NCBI GenBank assembly: GCA_951406725.2
Contig: OX597828.1
Coordinates: 62,992,001 to 63,056,000 of the forward strand
DNA length: 64,000 nucleotides
Direction of reading: 5' to 3'
Source: Octopus vulgaris
Lineage: Eukaryota
Notes under the pieces: generated by a model
What the model saw: only the letters and a program-made list of their open reading frames with translations
Told to the model about the DNA's origin: nothing
The model's database searches: none
Shown: in pieces, positions 26,651 through 41,210 of the stretch
Position numbering within the stretch: the stretch's first letter is position 1
How the letters are laid out: each line of letters starts with the position of its first letter
Program-made: the position numbers and the translations under genes

Positions 26651-26768
26651 CACTCTAATGAAGCTCCATGTTCCAGACCAGATTTATTACCAAATATGAT
26701 GAATAGTATTTTTAGAATTTTCAATGGCAATACCACATAACATTGGAAGCAGAAACAGCTGTTAGGTG
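26651..26768 (+). ncRNA. Degenerate hammerhead-like motif with long stem-II loop, near the end of a probable PLE remnant
   Basis: cact [CTAATGA] a-gctccatgtt...aacattggaagc-a [GAAA] CAGCTG [TT] aggtg. Palindromic stem III; core G5->A, so probably inactive. Confidence 0.45.
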
Positions 26769-26859
26769 GGATGCAGTCTATTTGTATTGAATTAAAAAAT
26801 AATAATTGATGTAAGTCAATTGTTGTTGATTGATATTTCTCCATTTTCTGTTTACTTTT

Positions 26860-26893
<34 letters not shown>

Positions 26894-26910
26894 GCATGCT
26901 TACATACATA

Positions 26911-28010
26911 TATTAGATTGGAACAAAAGACCATAATGTTTTATTACATAAAATTCAAAAACAATAATTAGATATTTGACCATATATGTTCCATTCTGCT
27001 CTAGTACCTTTCACCATCTTCGAGACACCTTCGTGGATCTTGGCATCTTTCTCAGTCTGAATTGCTCTAAATGGTTTTTTACTGTCTTCCAAAGAACTCA
27101 AATTCTTCCCATTAAGAGAATTTTCTTAGGATCAAAGTAAATGGTAATCGTCAGGTAAGTAGGGGTGAGTGTTGTAGGACATCCCAGCCTGGCTTTGCCA
27201 ATTTTTGTCAGGTCTGCAAGGAAATATGAAGTCTAGTGTTGTTCTCAAAAAAGACAACATCCTTCAAATTGGTTAATTCTGGATGGTTTTCATTGATTGC
27301 TTCCTTTAATTGGTCTAATTGGGAACAATAATTATCTGAATCCAGTATTTGATTTTGTAGAAGGTGCTTGTAATACACAATATCCTTCCAATCCCACCAG
27401 ATATAGAGTGTTGTATTCTTTGGACATTGATCAGCTTCTGGTGTGATTAAAAGGGGATTCATTTTGTTTTCTCTGCGACATTTTTCACTCCACATTGTTA
27501 TAAGCAATCTAATTTTTTATCCCTTGTGATTGGCCTTTTCAAAACTGGTTGCTTTTGTCGCATTTGAATGGAGAATTGCAGATGGAAATGCTGTCCATTA
27601 GATTTTTGTCAGTTAAAATTATGATTCAACCAAACATAGCGATTCCTCTGTATCCAAGTGTTTCTAAATGCCTTATAATGCTCGTGGGATATCTGAAGCA
27701 GCTCTGTAGTGTCTCATGTAATGTGACTTGGATTATTTTTGATTAGCATTTCATTTAGGTCATCATCCATCACTGCATCCCTGCCAGAACGTTCATGGGC
27801 TTCCAAATGAAAATTGCTAAACCCAGCAAACTACTTACAAACAGTTCTCTCAGCAACATCAACTCTATGAATTGCACATGCCTTTTTTTTTTTTTGTTGT
27901 TTGTACAGTAGTTTTTTTCTTTCCAGAAATAGAAGAGCATCAAATGCCAAAAATGCATCTCATTTTTAATATAAAAACAGTAGAAATAAAACCATTCCTA
28001 CATAATCCTA
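26911..28010 (-). mobile_element. Degenerate mariner transposon
   Basis: ORF 27770..27958 (HFWHLMLFYF, N-terminal HTH) and ORF 27208..27507 (LYIWWDWKDIVYY...YCSQLDQLKEAI...VVFFENNTRLH). TIR-like tattagattggaacaaaag at the left end. Boundaries approximate. Confidence 0.85.
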
Positions 28011-31000
28011 TAAATTATGTATTTGGAGTCCATTTACTGGATGCAGGAGAATATTGTGCTGGAAATTGGTATTAAAAGAGTTAATAAACATTCCATTCCC
28101 AACTAAATAAACTGTTTAATCCAGACAAATCTCCTCTCAGTTTAACCATTTATTAAGATTATTTTACAAAAATTTGTTCTTATCAGAATTCTCCTGTTTT
28201 GGAAGCCACTCTTCCATAAAAGTAAGAATTTCTCGATCTCCACTCCTCAATTTCGGGGTTATTTCCATTGTTTTGTTTTTTTTTGCATTTTCTGTATTAC
28301 TATAATCATTTTATTTTCCCTTCCTTATTAAAATGAAGCAGATGGTTTATTTTATTTTAGCAGAAACTCTCTTCTTTTTCTTTGAGCAGAAGATGAGTGG
28401 ATGGGTGGTATTTATCGATTTCTTCTTAGATTCTACCAAAGAGAGTAATTTTTTAATTGCAATCATCTTGAATCTCACGCTCTCTTGCATTCATACCATC
28501 CATGCTGATTCTATCATCCTGAAACTTGCCCAAATTTGTTACCTTGAATTTTAAAAAAATTAATTTAGAACAAATAGTTGAAATCTTAAAAAGATCCAAG
28601 TATTTTCCAGTTACCTCCACCCTACCCCTCTATGTTCCTTTTTCTCTTACACTCTCTATCTCTCTCTTTCACTTCCCCAGTCAGGAATATCATTCAATTT
28701 TTTTTATAGATTACACTTTGAATATCGTAAAATTGTGAATTTTCTTATTTAATTTTATCTTCATTATTAATGTGGAGGTTGGGGGGGGGGTAAGAAGACA
28801 TTTTATGAGTTTTTACACTGCTGACTCTCCTCAGAATGAAAGGAGAAATAAAAGAGTTTGCATTGGAATTCTTATACTGAAGGAGGAAAGACATTGATTT
28901 CCAGTTCTTTAGAGACAAGGCTTACCTCCGCTCATCTCATGTCACATCATTCAGCCATCACCAGCACCATCACCCACACGGATACAATGAAGAGGAGTTT
29001 GAAGAGGAATAAAATGCAAAGAGTCTTCATAGCTGGCTTGTTGGTCAACTTCCTCATAAAACCATAAACAATTGGTACTCTGTCAACCCATCAGGATCAG
29101 TAGCCAGATCTCAAGTAGTCAAGTAGCCAACTATTGTGGCTACTTGAGATCTGTTTGACCAGAGCTGACGTGTAATAATATCAAGCAACAATGAAGCCTC
29201 TACATAGTCATTGAACCAGCTAGAAACAACAGCCAAATTTGTGCTCAGATTGCATCACAAGGCAGTGATTTTCAAACAGTGAGTCAGTCACAGGGCACTG
29301 GTGTCTTATCTTTTTTTTTTTATCTTTTCATCAAGAGGGAAGGTCAGGGTGTATGAATAACCCTTTACAGACCCTTGACGACTGGTGGAAAAGGAGGAGG
29401 AATGAAGGAAGGTATCCTGCTACAAATTCCTGCAACAGAGTTGATTCTGAAAAAGACATTCCAAGGCCTGTTGGTGGTGCTAAGCAACAGATTAAGTCTC
29501 TTAAGACTGCCATCCATAGAGGCCACAACAGGATTTGAACTCCAAACACAAAGAGCCAGAGCAAATTACAGCAAAGCATATTTCCTCCAGTTGCCCGACA
29601 CTGGACACTTTCTTTATTGTCACCAGAAAGATGAAAGGTAAAGCTGATCTCTGTGGGATTTGAACTTTCAATGCAAGGTACCAGAAGGTAATTCAGCCAA
29701 TGCTCTGACAATTCACAGTTGACAGATTTTGAAAAATACAATTTTAGGCTTTAGAACATTCCAGCATGTGACGAACATTTTGAAAAATGTTACAAAAAGT
29801 TGTTTTATAAACAAGAATGAATAAAAAACCAAGAGAAGCAACATCCTCATCTTTGTCATCAGTTAAAAACCAGTGTCCACTTTTCCATGCTTGCATGGAT
29901 CAGATGGAATTCATTGAGGCTGATTTTCTATGCCTGGATGCCTTTCCTGTTGTCAGCCCTCACCTGTTTCCATCTGAGGTAATATTTGACCAATGTTAGA
30001 CATATTTACACAGAAGATTGGAAATGAAGAAGGACATATATAAGATGGGAATGCACATATACCAATGCAGCACGATAACAACAAACACACACACACACAC
30101 ACATAGACAAGAAGGGCTTCTTTCAATTTCTATCTACCAAATCCACTCACGAGGCTTTGGTCAGCCCAAGGGTATATTAGAAAACATTTGTTTTGATCAA
30201 GGTGCCATATGGTTGGTAAGCAGACTCCTTAACCACTTTTCCTCCTAAATTTTTAATTTTAAAACTATTACTATTTTCAACTTTATTATTTGGGAGGCAA
30301 AGTGGCTGAGTTTCTTTCAAGTGTTGGGTCTCACAGAGGCAATGGCCAAGACCTTTGGCATTATGTCGCGCTTGAGAAGACCCATCAAGCTGAGCAAAAT
30401 CACAATCATGACAGATACTGGTGTCACGCAAATGGCACCCATGCCGATGGCACATAAAAGCACCTATTACACTCTCAGAGTGGTTGACATTAGGAAGAGC
30501 AGAAAACCATACTAAACCAGACTGGAGTCTGGTGCAGCCTTCCAGCCCTGGTCAAACCATCCACCCCATGCCAGCATGGACAATGGATGTTAAATGATGA
30601 TGATGATGAACTTCTCATACATAGCGTACCAGTATTTATTTATTTGATGTTTTGTGGGCCACAAATCCAAAATCATTGAGAACCTCTGCCCAAATAACTT
30701 AAAAATAACAAAGTCACATTGAATAACGTAACCCTAGATATATTTTGGCTGAATAAAACTGGGGAGATGTTCATAACTTGATCATAAAGTTTGAACAATC
30801 AGGGCCAACCTGGGACAAAACACCAGCAAATCGGGAATGTACAACAAAAAACTGGTTAGAAGAAGAATAAATTTGAAAATAGATGAAAAATGCAAAAATG
30901 TATGTCTATGTAAGAAGAAAAGAGATGTGTGAGAGAGAGAGAGAGAGAGAGAGAGTGAGAGAGAGAGAGAGAGAAAGAAAGAAAATCAGTGAGTAGGTTT

Positions 31001-34000
31001 CACAAAAAAAAATAAAATAAAACTAAGCAGGTTTTTTTTTTTGTTTCGTTTGTGTTATTAATGATGTCAGAAAGTGGTTGGGTAGTTTGGTTTTTTTTCT
31101 TCTTTGCAGCCTGGTTCAATAGGTTTGAAGTTGTGGGCCGACATCAGCATAATCCACCATTACTTAACCTAAATTCTCTCAGCACACGCTAACCAGGCAA
31201 CACCCAAATACCTGTGCATCATTGAGAGAAGTACAAGAAGTGACTCCTGATCATTGGTAAATTGTACAAGAACACCTTGGCGGCAGCGGCAGCAGCAGCA
31301 GCTTCAAAACAACTCAAAACAATTCTACTACAATTGTAGAGGTGATTGGAGCTAAAGTTGAGTGGGAAAGGAAATAGGAATGGTTACAAGTTCAATTCTT
31401 ACCATGTGCTAATGGATTTGGCCCCCACAGCACAGCACCCCTTGGGTGTCTTCTACTAGAGCACCAGACCAACCAATACCTTACAAGGAAATATGGTAGA
31501 CAGAAACCACAGGAAAGCGCATCTTGTGTGTGTCCATACACACATGTATACATATGTGCAATATATACACTTATGTACTTGTATATACAACATATATATA
31601 TACCTATACACACACATGTATATATTATATGTGTGCATGAATACTGATATTTTGCTTGTCACCTTTTGACTGAAGCAGGTGACATTGACATACCTTGTTA
31701 TAACTGGTTGCTCTACACTTCCAAAGACCCTTGGAATATAAGGAAAAAAAAACCATCCCTTGCTTGAAACACAGGTAAGGGGTGGAGGCAAGAAGAACAT
31801 CCAGCCCTAAAATTCTGCCTCAAATGACTCCCAATCCAAAGCCAGACAAATTTGGTAAGGAAGGAACAATCAATGTTATCACCCCCACCCTCCCCCATAC
31901 TTGACTGGTACTTTATTTTATCAACTCCCAGAAAAATGGCAAAGCAGACCTCAACAGGATTTGAACTCAAAATATAAAGGGACACAAACACACAGGATAT
32001 TTTGTTTGCCCTTGTATATTCCAACATAAACAAAGCCTTAAACTTTACAGATGGAATGCAATTAAATCAACTTTAATTACTGGAACAGCTCTGAATTGAT
32101 TACCAAAGACTTCGAGTGCATTGTATGCTTTTCGAGGCATCAGTACAGCAAGGGTTGCCTTGTAGTTTACAAAGCAAAAGAGAGCACCTTTCTGTGAAAT
32201 ATTCTTGTTCCATTTTTTTCCCCAAAAACTCACATAGTCAAGAAGCAGCTTAAATACTTTGAAAAGGGGCTTGCTGTGCCTTGTTCTGTTCTTGCTTGTA
32301 TACATCTTTTGTGGGTTTTGGTTTTGGATATATTAAACAAGAGTTCTAATACTGAACACTCTTCCATGTTTCATTTGATATTTACTTCAAGATATTCAGG
32401 TTTGTGTCTCAGGAGATAACTTTCAGGTATGCATCAAAAAGTCCCAACCAACCCATGGCAATATGCAAAAACAGACAAAAAAGGATGAAGATATGTGGTG
32501 GCATTAGGAAGGACATCCAGCCAAAGAAACCAGGCTGAAGCAGACACTGGAGTACGGTTCAGTTCTTGGGCCCATTGAATCTTGCCAAACAACCCAATCC
32601 ATACCGGCATGGAAGAAGCATGCTAAATGATGATGATACGAGTATTACTCATCATATGATGGCTAACTTTGGAAATATACTTTTGCCACAATCACCAATC
32701 AAATAAAACTTAAGTTATAATTATTGCATGTATGCCACGTTACCCTTGATGGCAGAAATGTATTAAATATTATTACAGCAATTGTATTGATATATTTATT
32801 TGGAATAATTTGCTATAAATTCTTAAGTTAGTGAACACCCAGGTGACTAATGCAAAAAATGACTGCTAATGAACAGCTTACTGGAAAAGCATGTAAGGAA
32901 AATAAATATTAACTTTTGCAAGGCCTTTTCCCCCTACAGTCTCTTTTTCTCTTTCTCTCACTATGTATATGTAGCATTCCTTTACTCACTGCCTGCAACC
33001 AAGCCTAGTATGTGCACTCATCTTGTCCCTCTTATATCAATTCTCTTTCTGTCTCTCTCTTGCACACACCCCCACCTTGTTAGATGACATAGTGTGACTG
33101 GAGAAATCAATTAATGGATGAACTAATTAACATTTACATTGGATATTATTAAATAAACAAGACAGGCAGTCAACCTACACAACAAACATCAACCATATGT
33201 GTGAAACAAATGATCAACTAACCAACATACACATGCAGTATAAACACACACACACACACACAAACAAACATTGACAAAATAGTATAATATAGAGAGGGAG
33301 GTGGTGACATTAGAGAGTGCTGTGTGTGCATGGACATCATTAACTCGTATGTGTGTTAAAATACAACCTATTCTATGATGTTGGAATAGAAATTACTTCC
33401 AACCAACGCGACTCCCTTACAGACAGCACCCTTCATTCCACAACACTCATGTCAGATACATCTACTTCCATGAACAAACCCCTTAAAAACACTCCCTAAT
33501 GGGGAATGGGGGCGACACCCACGATATCCTAATCTGTCAGTTATTGCACATATCAAGGAAATGTTATCAATAAATAAGTGAATGGAGAAGCATTGACAGG
33601 GTCACTGACCTTCTAGAAGTAACAGCTAAATTTCCATCAACTTACACTCTGCTACTGTAGAAAAGGAGAAACTAGAGAATGACCCTGAAGTCCTGGAATA
33701 AGTAGGACGGTCAGGACAGACGTACAGCTCAACAACTAAGATGGAATGGTCACAGCTGGAATGTCTTTGATCATATGCCTGTCTCTTCAAGTATGGCTAC
33801 ATTGGAGCTACAGTAATAACAGCCAAATTCAACCACATACTCTCTCCTTAGCAATGAGAGAACCATTATGAGATCACAATTTACTGTCTTAAAATAATGC
33901 TAGATAAATGGGAGAGGTCAGGTTGGAATGCCTTTGATCAAGGGTCTACTGGATCAGTATTGACCTGGGGTTAAACAACAGCATATTCCCCCTTCATCCT

Positions 34001-34181
34001 GTATGTTTCACACCCTGAATCTCGTTCACCAAACGTTGGATTACACACTTCACTGCCATCACTTGCTCACAATCTTCCCTTCAGACACAATGACCTTACA
34101 GCTTGGCCTCACTAATTTAGGGTGGCCAGAAAAGGAAGTGGGCAAACAGAGACTAAAAGGTCAACAACAATATAATCATAG

Positions 34182-34224
<43 letters not shown>

Positions 34225-34559
34225 CTATGCTTTAGTTAGTGCGTGTTTCTTCGGATATATGATACATTGACGATATATATATATATATATAATGAAGATA
34301 TGAACCATTATTGTATGTGCATATAATATATATATACATATATGCGTACACACAAACACACATATATATACATATACAGTATACAATATATACATGAATA
34401 TATGTAATATATACATACATATAAAATACGTGTATATATTTATACACACACACGCACTTGTCTATATTACACAACCTTATACAATAAGAAATTCAGTGAC
34501 AAGTGTGGGGGATGAGAGAGAAATAGAGAGGGGGGAAGCAGCAACGGTATTTCTATTCT

Positions 34560-35779
34560 CATCTTACTCATGGTGTAATGTTGTGGTCTATATCCATCAC
34601 TCTCAAGGAAATGAAGAGGGTTGAAAGATAAGTGAGAGAAAGAGCATAAGTAAGAGAAACTAAGGAAATAGCTGGGAGTAAAATCAACGGATAGGGATGC
34701 AGTTCACCACATCAGCATGGAAAGACGACGGCCTAGAGACAGATGTCAACCACCACATCACGAGAAGCGGAAGATGATTAATGCCGCCCAAAGTAAGAAA
34801 GGAAGTGATAGTAACAGGGGTGGATGCGGTTCACAACATCCCTGTCAAGATGACGTTGACAATTCAAAACACCGCAGAGAACTGACTGACGCAAGGGTTG
34901 GGCGAAGCGATGAATAAAGCACATCAGATGGTGAAGCTATCGGGATGTAGAGATGGATACAAACCACATCATCACATGGCAAACAAGTAAATGTAACCAT
35001 AGATAAACACCACAACATCACGGTTGGGGGTGAAAGCAGAAATGCAGTGACGTCGACAAAGCGGTGAGGGCGAACCCAAGGTTAATTGCCGTTTAAATAG
35101 TTGCTGTTAGCAATACTGGGTGTGTAAATATACATACCAATACACACACACACAATCATATATATATATATATATATAATTGCATTTTTCATTAGCTAAG
35201 AATACTATAGGAATTATTCAAGAGTCGAGGGTTTCGTGCCAAAGCACTTACCAAACTAGATATGCATGCGTATGTGTGTGTTCACACACACAAGCTCACA
35301 GTCTATCAACTTATATATCTACACAGAAATTCGTACGTACACTTATATGCAACGGGACCCACAAACTGAGAGATATGTGCGCGAATGGATGCATGTGTGT
35401 GTGGGTGTGTGTGTAACGAAATTCAAATAATACGCACAAATAAGCCCCATAGAACTATAAAATGGTTACACACACACATGTGGAAGTATGTGTGCGTATA
35501 TGTGCATGAGGAACAAAAATTTCTACACCCATCACCTAATACGCATATTACATTTTTTCATAGAACTATAAAGGAAAGATAGACAAATATAAGGAGAGAT
35601 GTGCATATTATATATATATATATATATATATATGGGCGAGTAAGTGCCCGCATACGCGACGTGCAAATTTTGAAGGGATTATACACACGTGCAGATACAC
35701 GTGTACGAACACATTTGTGTGTGTTTGTAACTATGAAGCAAGTGTATACACATTAATGTGCGTACATGCAATCTATCTA

Positions 35780-35825
<46 letters not shown>

Positions 35826-36042
35826 TACACAGAGGGAGAGAAAGAATTTGTATACACGTTAAAGTACGTGTGTGTATACGCGCGCACACACACACACAAA
35901 ATACAATATTAACTATATACAATCAGCTATTAATATTAGCACATACGTTGTTTTATCACTCAACACAATATAAAAATATAAACACAGAATTCATTCACAC
36001 TGGCATCATACAGTCACATACCGTGTGGGTATGTGTGTATGT

Positions 36043-36103
<61 letters not shown>

Positions 36104-36192
36104 CACACACAGTCACAAAGAAGTAGTTAGAAAATCTTTTACGAAGAGCATCAACTTACTTTGGCGATTCCAATAACAAGAACAATGTACAG

Positions 36193-36236
<44 letters not shown>

Positions 36237-36490
36237 ATCTATGTATGTGTGTGTGTTGGTGTGTGTGTGTGTGTGTATTTATACTGTTGCGAGAAAGGTG
36301 GATTCGTGTTGTTAGATGCGTTAAGCCGATTCCAGTAAAGTTCTGTCGAAGAACAGGCAGCCTGGTCAGAACGAAAATTGCGAGGCGAAAGGAAGATAAC
36401 AGGAAAAAATGTTGGCAGATTTACCTCCTCCCGAGATGTTGACGTTCACCATTTGTTGCGGTAATTGGGCATGTATGGGAAGCCACCCGT
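34560..36490 (-). promoter_or_regulatory. Probable promoter/5'-exon zone of the PTPN9-like gene
   Basis: Unique segments rich in CpG (34700-35095, 36285-36490) at the transition from CpG-poor intron sequence. Contains CRE-like TGACGT sites and candidate ATG-donor pairs. Confidence 0.4.
36425..36452 (-). other. Candidate first coding exon segment (MVNVNISGG + phase-1 donor)
   Basis: caacaaATGGTGAACGTCAACATCTCGGGAGGAG|gtaaat in CpG-rich unique sequence next to a long TA tract. Frame connection to the 144-nt exon is not established. Confidence 0.35.
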
Positions 36491-36491
36491 G

Positions 36492-37805
<1,314 letters not shown>

Positions 37806-38397
37806 TAGATAGATGTGGTGTGTGTGAATTATGGCATTGGAAAATTTCTCCAAGGTATCTCCTTTATGGAGTTTCATGCTAACTACCAAGCTGGAGATGA
37901 TGAGCCGAAAATCATTTTAATTAATAAAAGTTGCCACCCTAATAAGAAAACAAGATCTAACGTTAATGAAAATTGTTTCTCGGCAAAGAAAAATGGGGAA
38001 AACTGAATATTTCTCTAAGCTAAAAATGAATTTTAATTGAGGCCAGTGGGGCAAAGAGAATTAGAGTTGGTGATATTTGGTTGTTATGCGTGAAGTAAGT
38101 TTTGCTGAAAAGATTCAATAAACCCGAAACATGGCTGGATTAGTCAGCGTTGGTGCCAAAGGTTACATCAATTCCCCTTATTTTGAATTTCTTCATTAAG
38201 ATCAATTTTAGTTGATTGAAATATTCATGGATGTTCTACTTTACCTTCTCTAAGAACATCTTTAAACAATTAAAGGTTACATTAGCTTCATTAAGGGATG
38301 GTATCATCCGCTGTGAGATTCTTTAATACAAAACATAAAAACCTAACGGTATATCTTTTTTTCTTCCCGTCTGAAGAGAGATTTTGCCTAATATAAT

Positions 38398-38710
38398 CAT
38401 CATTTAACGTCCATTTTCCATGCTTAGCATAGGTTGGACGGTTCGACCGGGGTCTGGTAAGCCATGGAGGCTGCACCAAGCACCAGTCTGATTTGACAGT
38501 GTTTCTACAGCTGGATGCCCTTCCTAACGCCAACCACTTCGCGAGTGTAGTAGGTGTTTTATACGTACCACCAACACAAGGGCCAGGAGGCTGGCAAACG
38601 GCCACGATCGGTTGGTGCTTTTACGTGTCAACGACACGGACGCCAGCCAGTCGGCGCTGGCATCTGCCACGTTCGGATGGTGCTTTTTACGTGTCACCGG
38701 CACGGGTGTC
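38398..38710 (-). mobile_element. Family C copy (CpGs retained)
   Basis: Homologous to 11415-11760. Confidence 0.8.
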
Positions 38711-38757
38711 TTGATTTTAATAATTGCTATTTAATCTTTATATATATATATATATAT

Positions 38758-39041
38758 AAGTTCAGCAAAATTTAGATTCAGATGAATATGGTACTTAAGT
38801 TAAAGGCACCAGAATTTTGCATGGTATTATCCATATAAATCAAATGGGGTGATAATAATCAAAATAAGCAACAAGTATATCCAAGGTAGAGTAGTACAAT
38901 TTTCCAATTAATTGGAAAATTCTATAAGTGGCTGAAGATTGCTCGACATTTTAAAACTGATGTAATACTTCCAGTGTTTAATAAAATGAAGTAGCATGAA
39001 ACAATTGTACTACTCTACCTTGGATATACTTGTTGCTTATT
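38758..39041. mobile_element. TA-flanked foldback element (PLE inverted-pLTR-like) with 39-bp perfect inverted repeat
   Basis: 38863-38901 aataagcaacaagtatatccaaggtagagtagtacaatt is the exact reverse complement of 39003-39041. A GAAA-CAATTG-TA hammerhead half-core lies at the start of the right arm. Confidence 0.6.
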
Positions 39042-40240
39042 ATATATATATATTTGAAGTTTTTGATGACGACCCGTAAACCGAAATTTCGACGTGACTG
39101 TCAGCCTTTGTAAAAATTAATAAATACTGAACTAAAAGCAAAAAGAAAAGTATTCAGTGATTCTTCAGTTTGTTAAATTGTTTTTGTGCATAAAACTTCA
39201 AATAAAAACAAAACATCAACACGCACGGACGAGCAGACGTTTGCAAGACTTAAATCAAACTCATCGACCATATTATTTTAGTCAATAGGGAAGATCAATG
39301 TATATGGTACATTCATAGGGTCTCCAAGACAGCTGGGAAGAAGAGAGAAGGGAATCCTAAACCAAAGACCTCGTTCGAATGCTTATAACAGAGTTGACTC
39401 TTCCGCTAAAGGTGTCCAGCGTTGAGTGCCTGGCAGATTCTTATCGTTTATATACCCGTAATGATAGGATCGATCGCAAGTGAGAGCACAAAGAGCCGGA
39501 ATGAATAGTATAAGGCATCCAGTTCGACACTCTTGTATTAGTCCCGGAAGAATAAAAATGTAATGGTGACTTCGGCAGTATTTGAACTTAGACCCCAAAT
39601 ACTGAAAGGCAGGTCGTTCGATGCTTTAACGACACTGCCACTTGGTGACCTGACTACATCTTCATTATTACTAAAAGAGGTGAACTGGCAGAGCCGTTCG
39701 CAAATGTCGAGCGGCATCTCGTTTGTTTTTATGCTTTGAGATCGACTTTGCCTTTCATTCTTTCGGGGTCGATAAAATAAGTACCAGTCAAGTATTGGAG
39801 CCAACTATCTCCAACCTCCAAAATTTCAGGCGTTATGCCTATAATAGAGAGGGTTATTACTAAAAGGACTTTCTAACATACTTGATATGTATGTTGGTGA
39901 GTTGTAAAAGCCTAAGACCGATTGGTTAGAGTTGTTGTACTCACGATTTTGAGATTGTGCCTTCGATTCTCAAATTGGGAAGCGATTTATGTTTTTGAGT
40001 AAAATGTTGTTCCAATCTACTCGGTTGAAAAGGAGTCCCGGCAATGGCTGGGGATTAATCCTGAGTTGGACTAGGATGCAATTCAAGGACGACGGGGGAG
40101 AAGAGGCATATTGTTCTCTTGGGCACTTATGTCACGCAAACCTAATGAAGCCGAAGGCTGGTGATAGACCTCGGACATAATTATCGGAAGGGTCTTCATA
40201 AGGGTCTTTCAGTAAGCTATATATATATATATATATATAT

Positions 40241-40392
40241 ACCGGAGTAAACACATAAATGTGAAACAAGGTGGAAAAAAGAGTACTCAAATACCAGTGG
40301 TAGAGTAATATGCTTTATTTAAAGCAGCAGAAAATTCAACAAAACCTGTTACTCTGAGTTTCACGTTCCCGTTCGTCGGACAGTTTTTGCTA

Positions 40393-40394
<2 letters not shown>
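40241..40394 (-). mobile_element. Short Penelope-like pLTR remnant inserted in (TA)n
   Basis: About 150 bp of unique sequence bounded by TA tracts on both sides and containing a hammerhead motif. Confidence 0.6.
40341..40388 (-). ncRNA. Minimal type-I hammerhead ribozyme motif (core variant CCGACGA)
   Basis: Minus strand: aaaaa CTGT [CCGACGA] ACG-ggaa-CGT [GAAA] CTC-a-GAG [TA] ACAG gtttt. Stems I, II and III all pair, and core spacing is canonical except U4->C. Confidence 0.7.
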
Positions 40395-40429
<35 letters not shown>

Positions 40430-40438
<9 letters not shown>

Positions 40439-40762
40439 TTATATTATATATATATATATATATTAAACTATTAAACATTATATATATATATATATATAAT
40501 CATTGTAACTTTAAACATTATATATATATATTTATATCATTGTAACTTTAAACATTATATATATATATATATATATATATAATCATTGTAACTTTAAACA
40601 TTATATATATATATATATATCATTGTAACTTTAAACATTATATATATATATATATATCATTGTAACTTTAAACATTATATATATATATATCATTGTAACT
40701 TTTAAACATTATATATATATCATTGTAACTTTAAACATTATATATATATCATTGTAACTTTA

Positions 40763-40801
<39 letters not shown>

Positions 40802-40841
40802 TTGTAACTTAATAACATTTTAAAGTTCATTGTAATTAAAC

Positions 40842-40889
<48 letters not shown>

Positions 40890-41097
40890 CATTGTAACTT
40901 TAAACTATATATATATATATATAATATATAATATATACTTTATATATATTATATATATATATATATATCATTGTAACTTTAAACATATATATATATATAT
41001 AACATTTAAATTATATATATATATAATCATTGTAACTTTAAACATTATATATATATATTATATATATATATATATATATATCATTGTAACTTTAAAC

Positions 41098-41146
<49 letters not shown>

Positions 41147-41157
41147 TTGTAACTTTA

Positions 41158-41194
<37 letters not shown>

Positions 41195-41210
41195 GTAACT
41201 TTAAACATTA
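40430..41210. repeat. Compound minisatellite: TCATTGTAACTTTAAACAT units separated by variable (TA)n
   Basis: About 16 copies of the 19-nt unit (some variant) read directly. Confidence 0.95.

Noticed and set aside
40430-41210. CRISPR array
   Set aside because: Spacers are only (TA)n of variable length, there are no cas genes and the context is eukaryotic.
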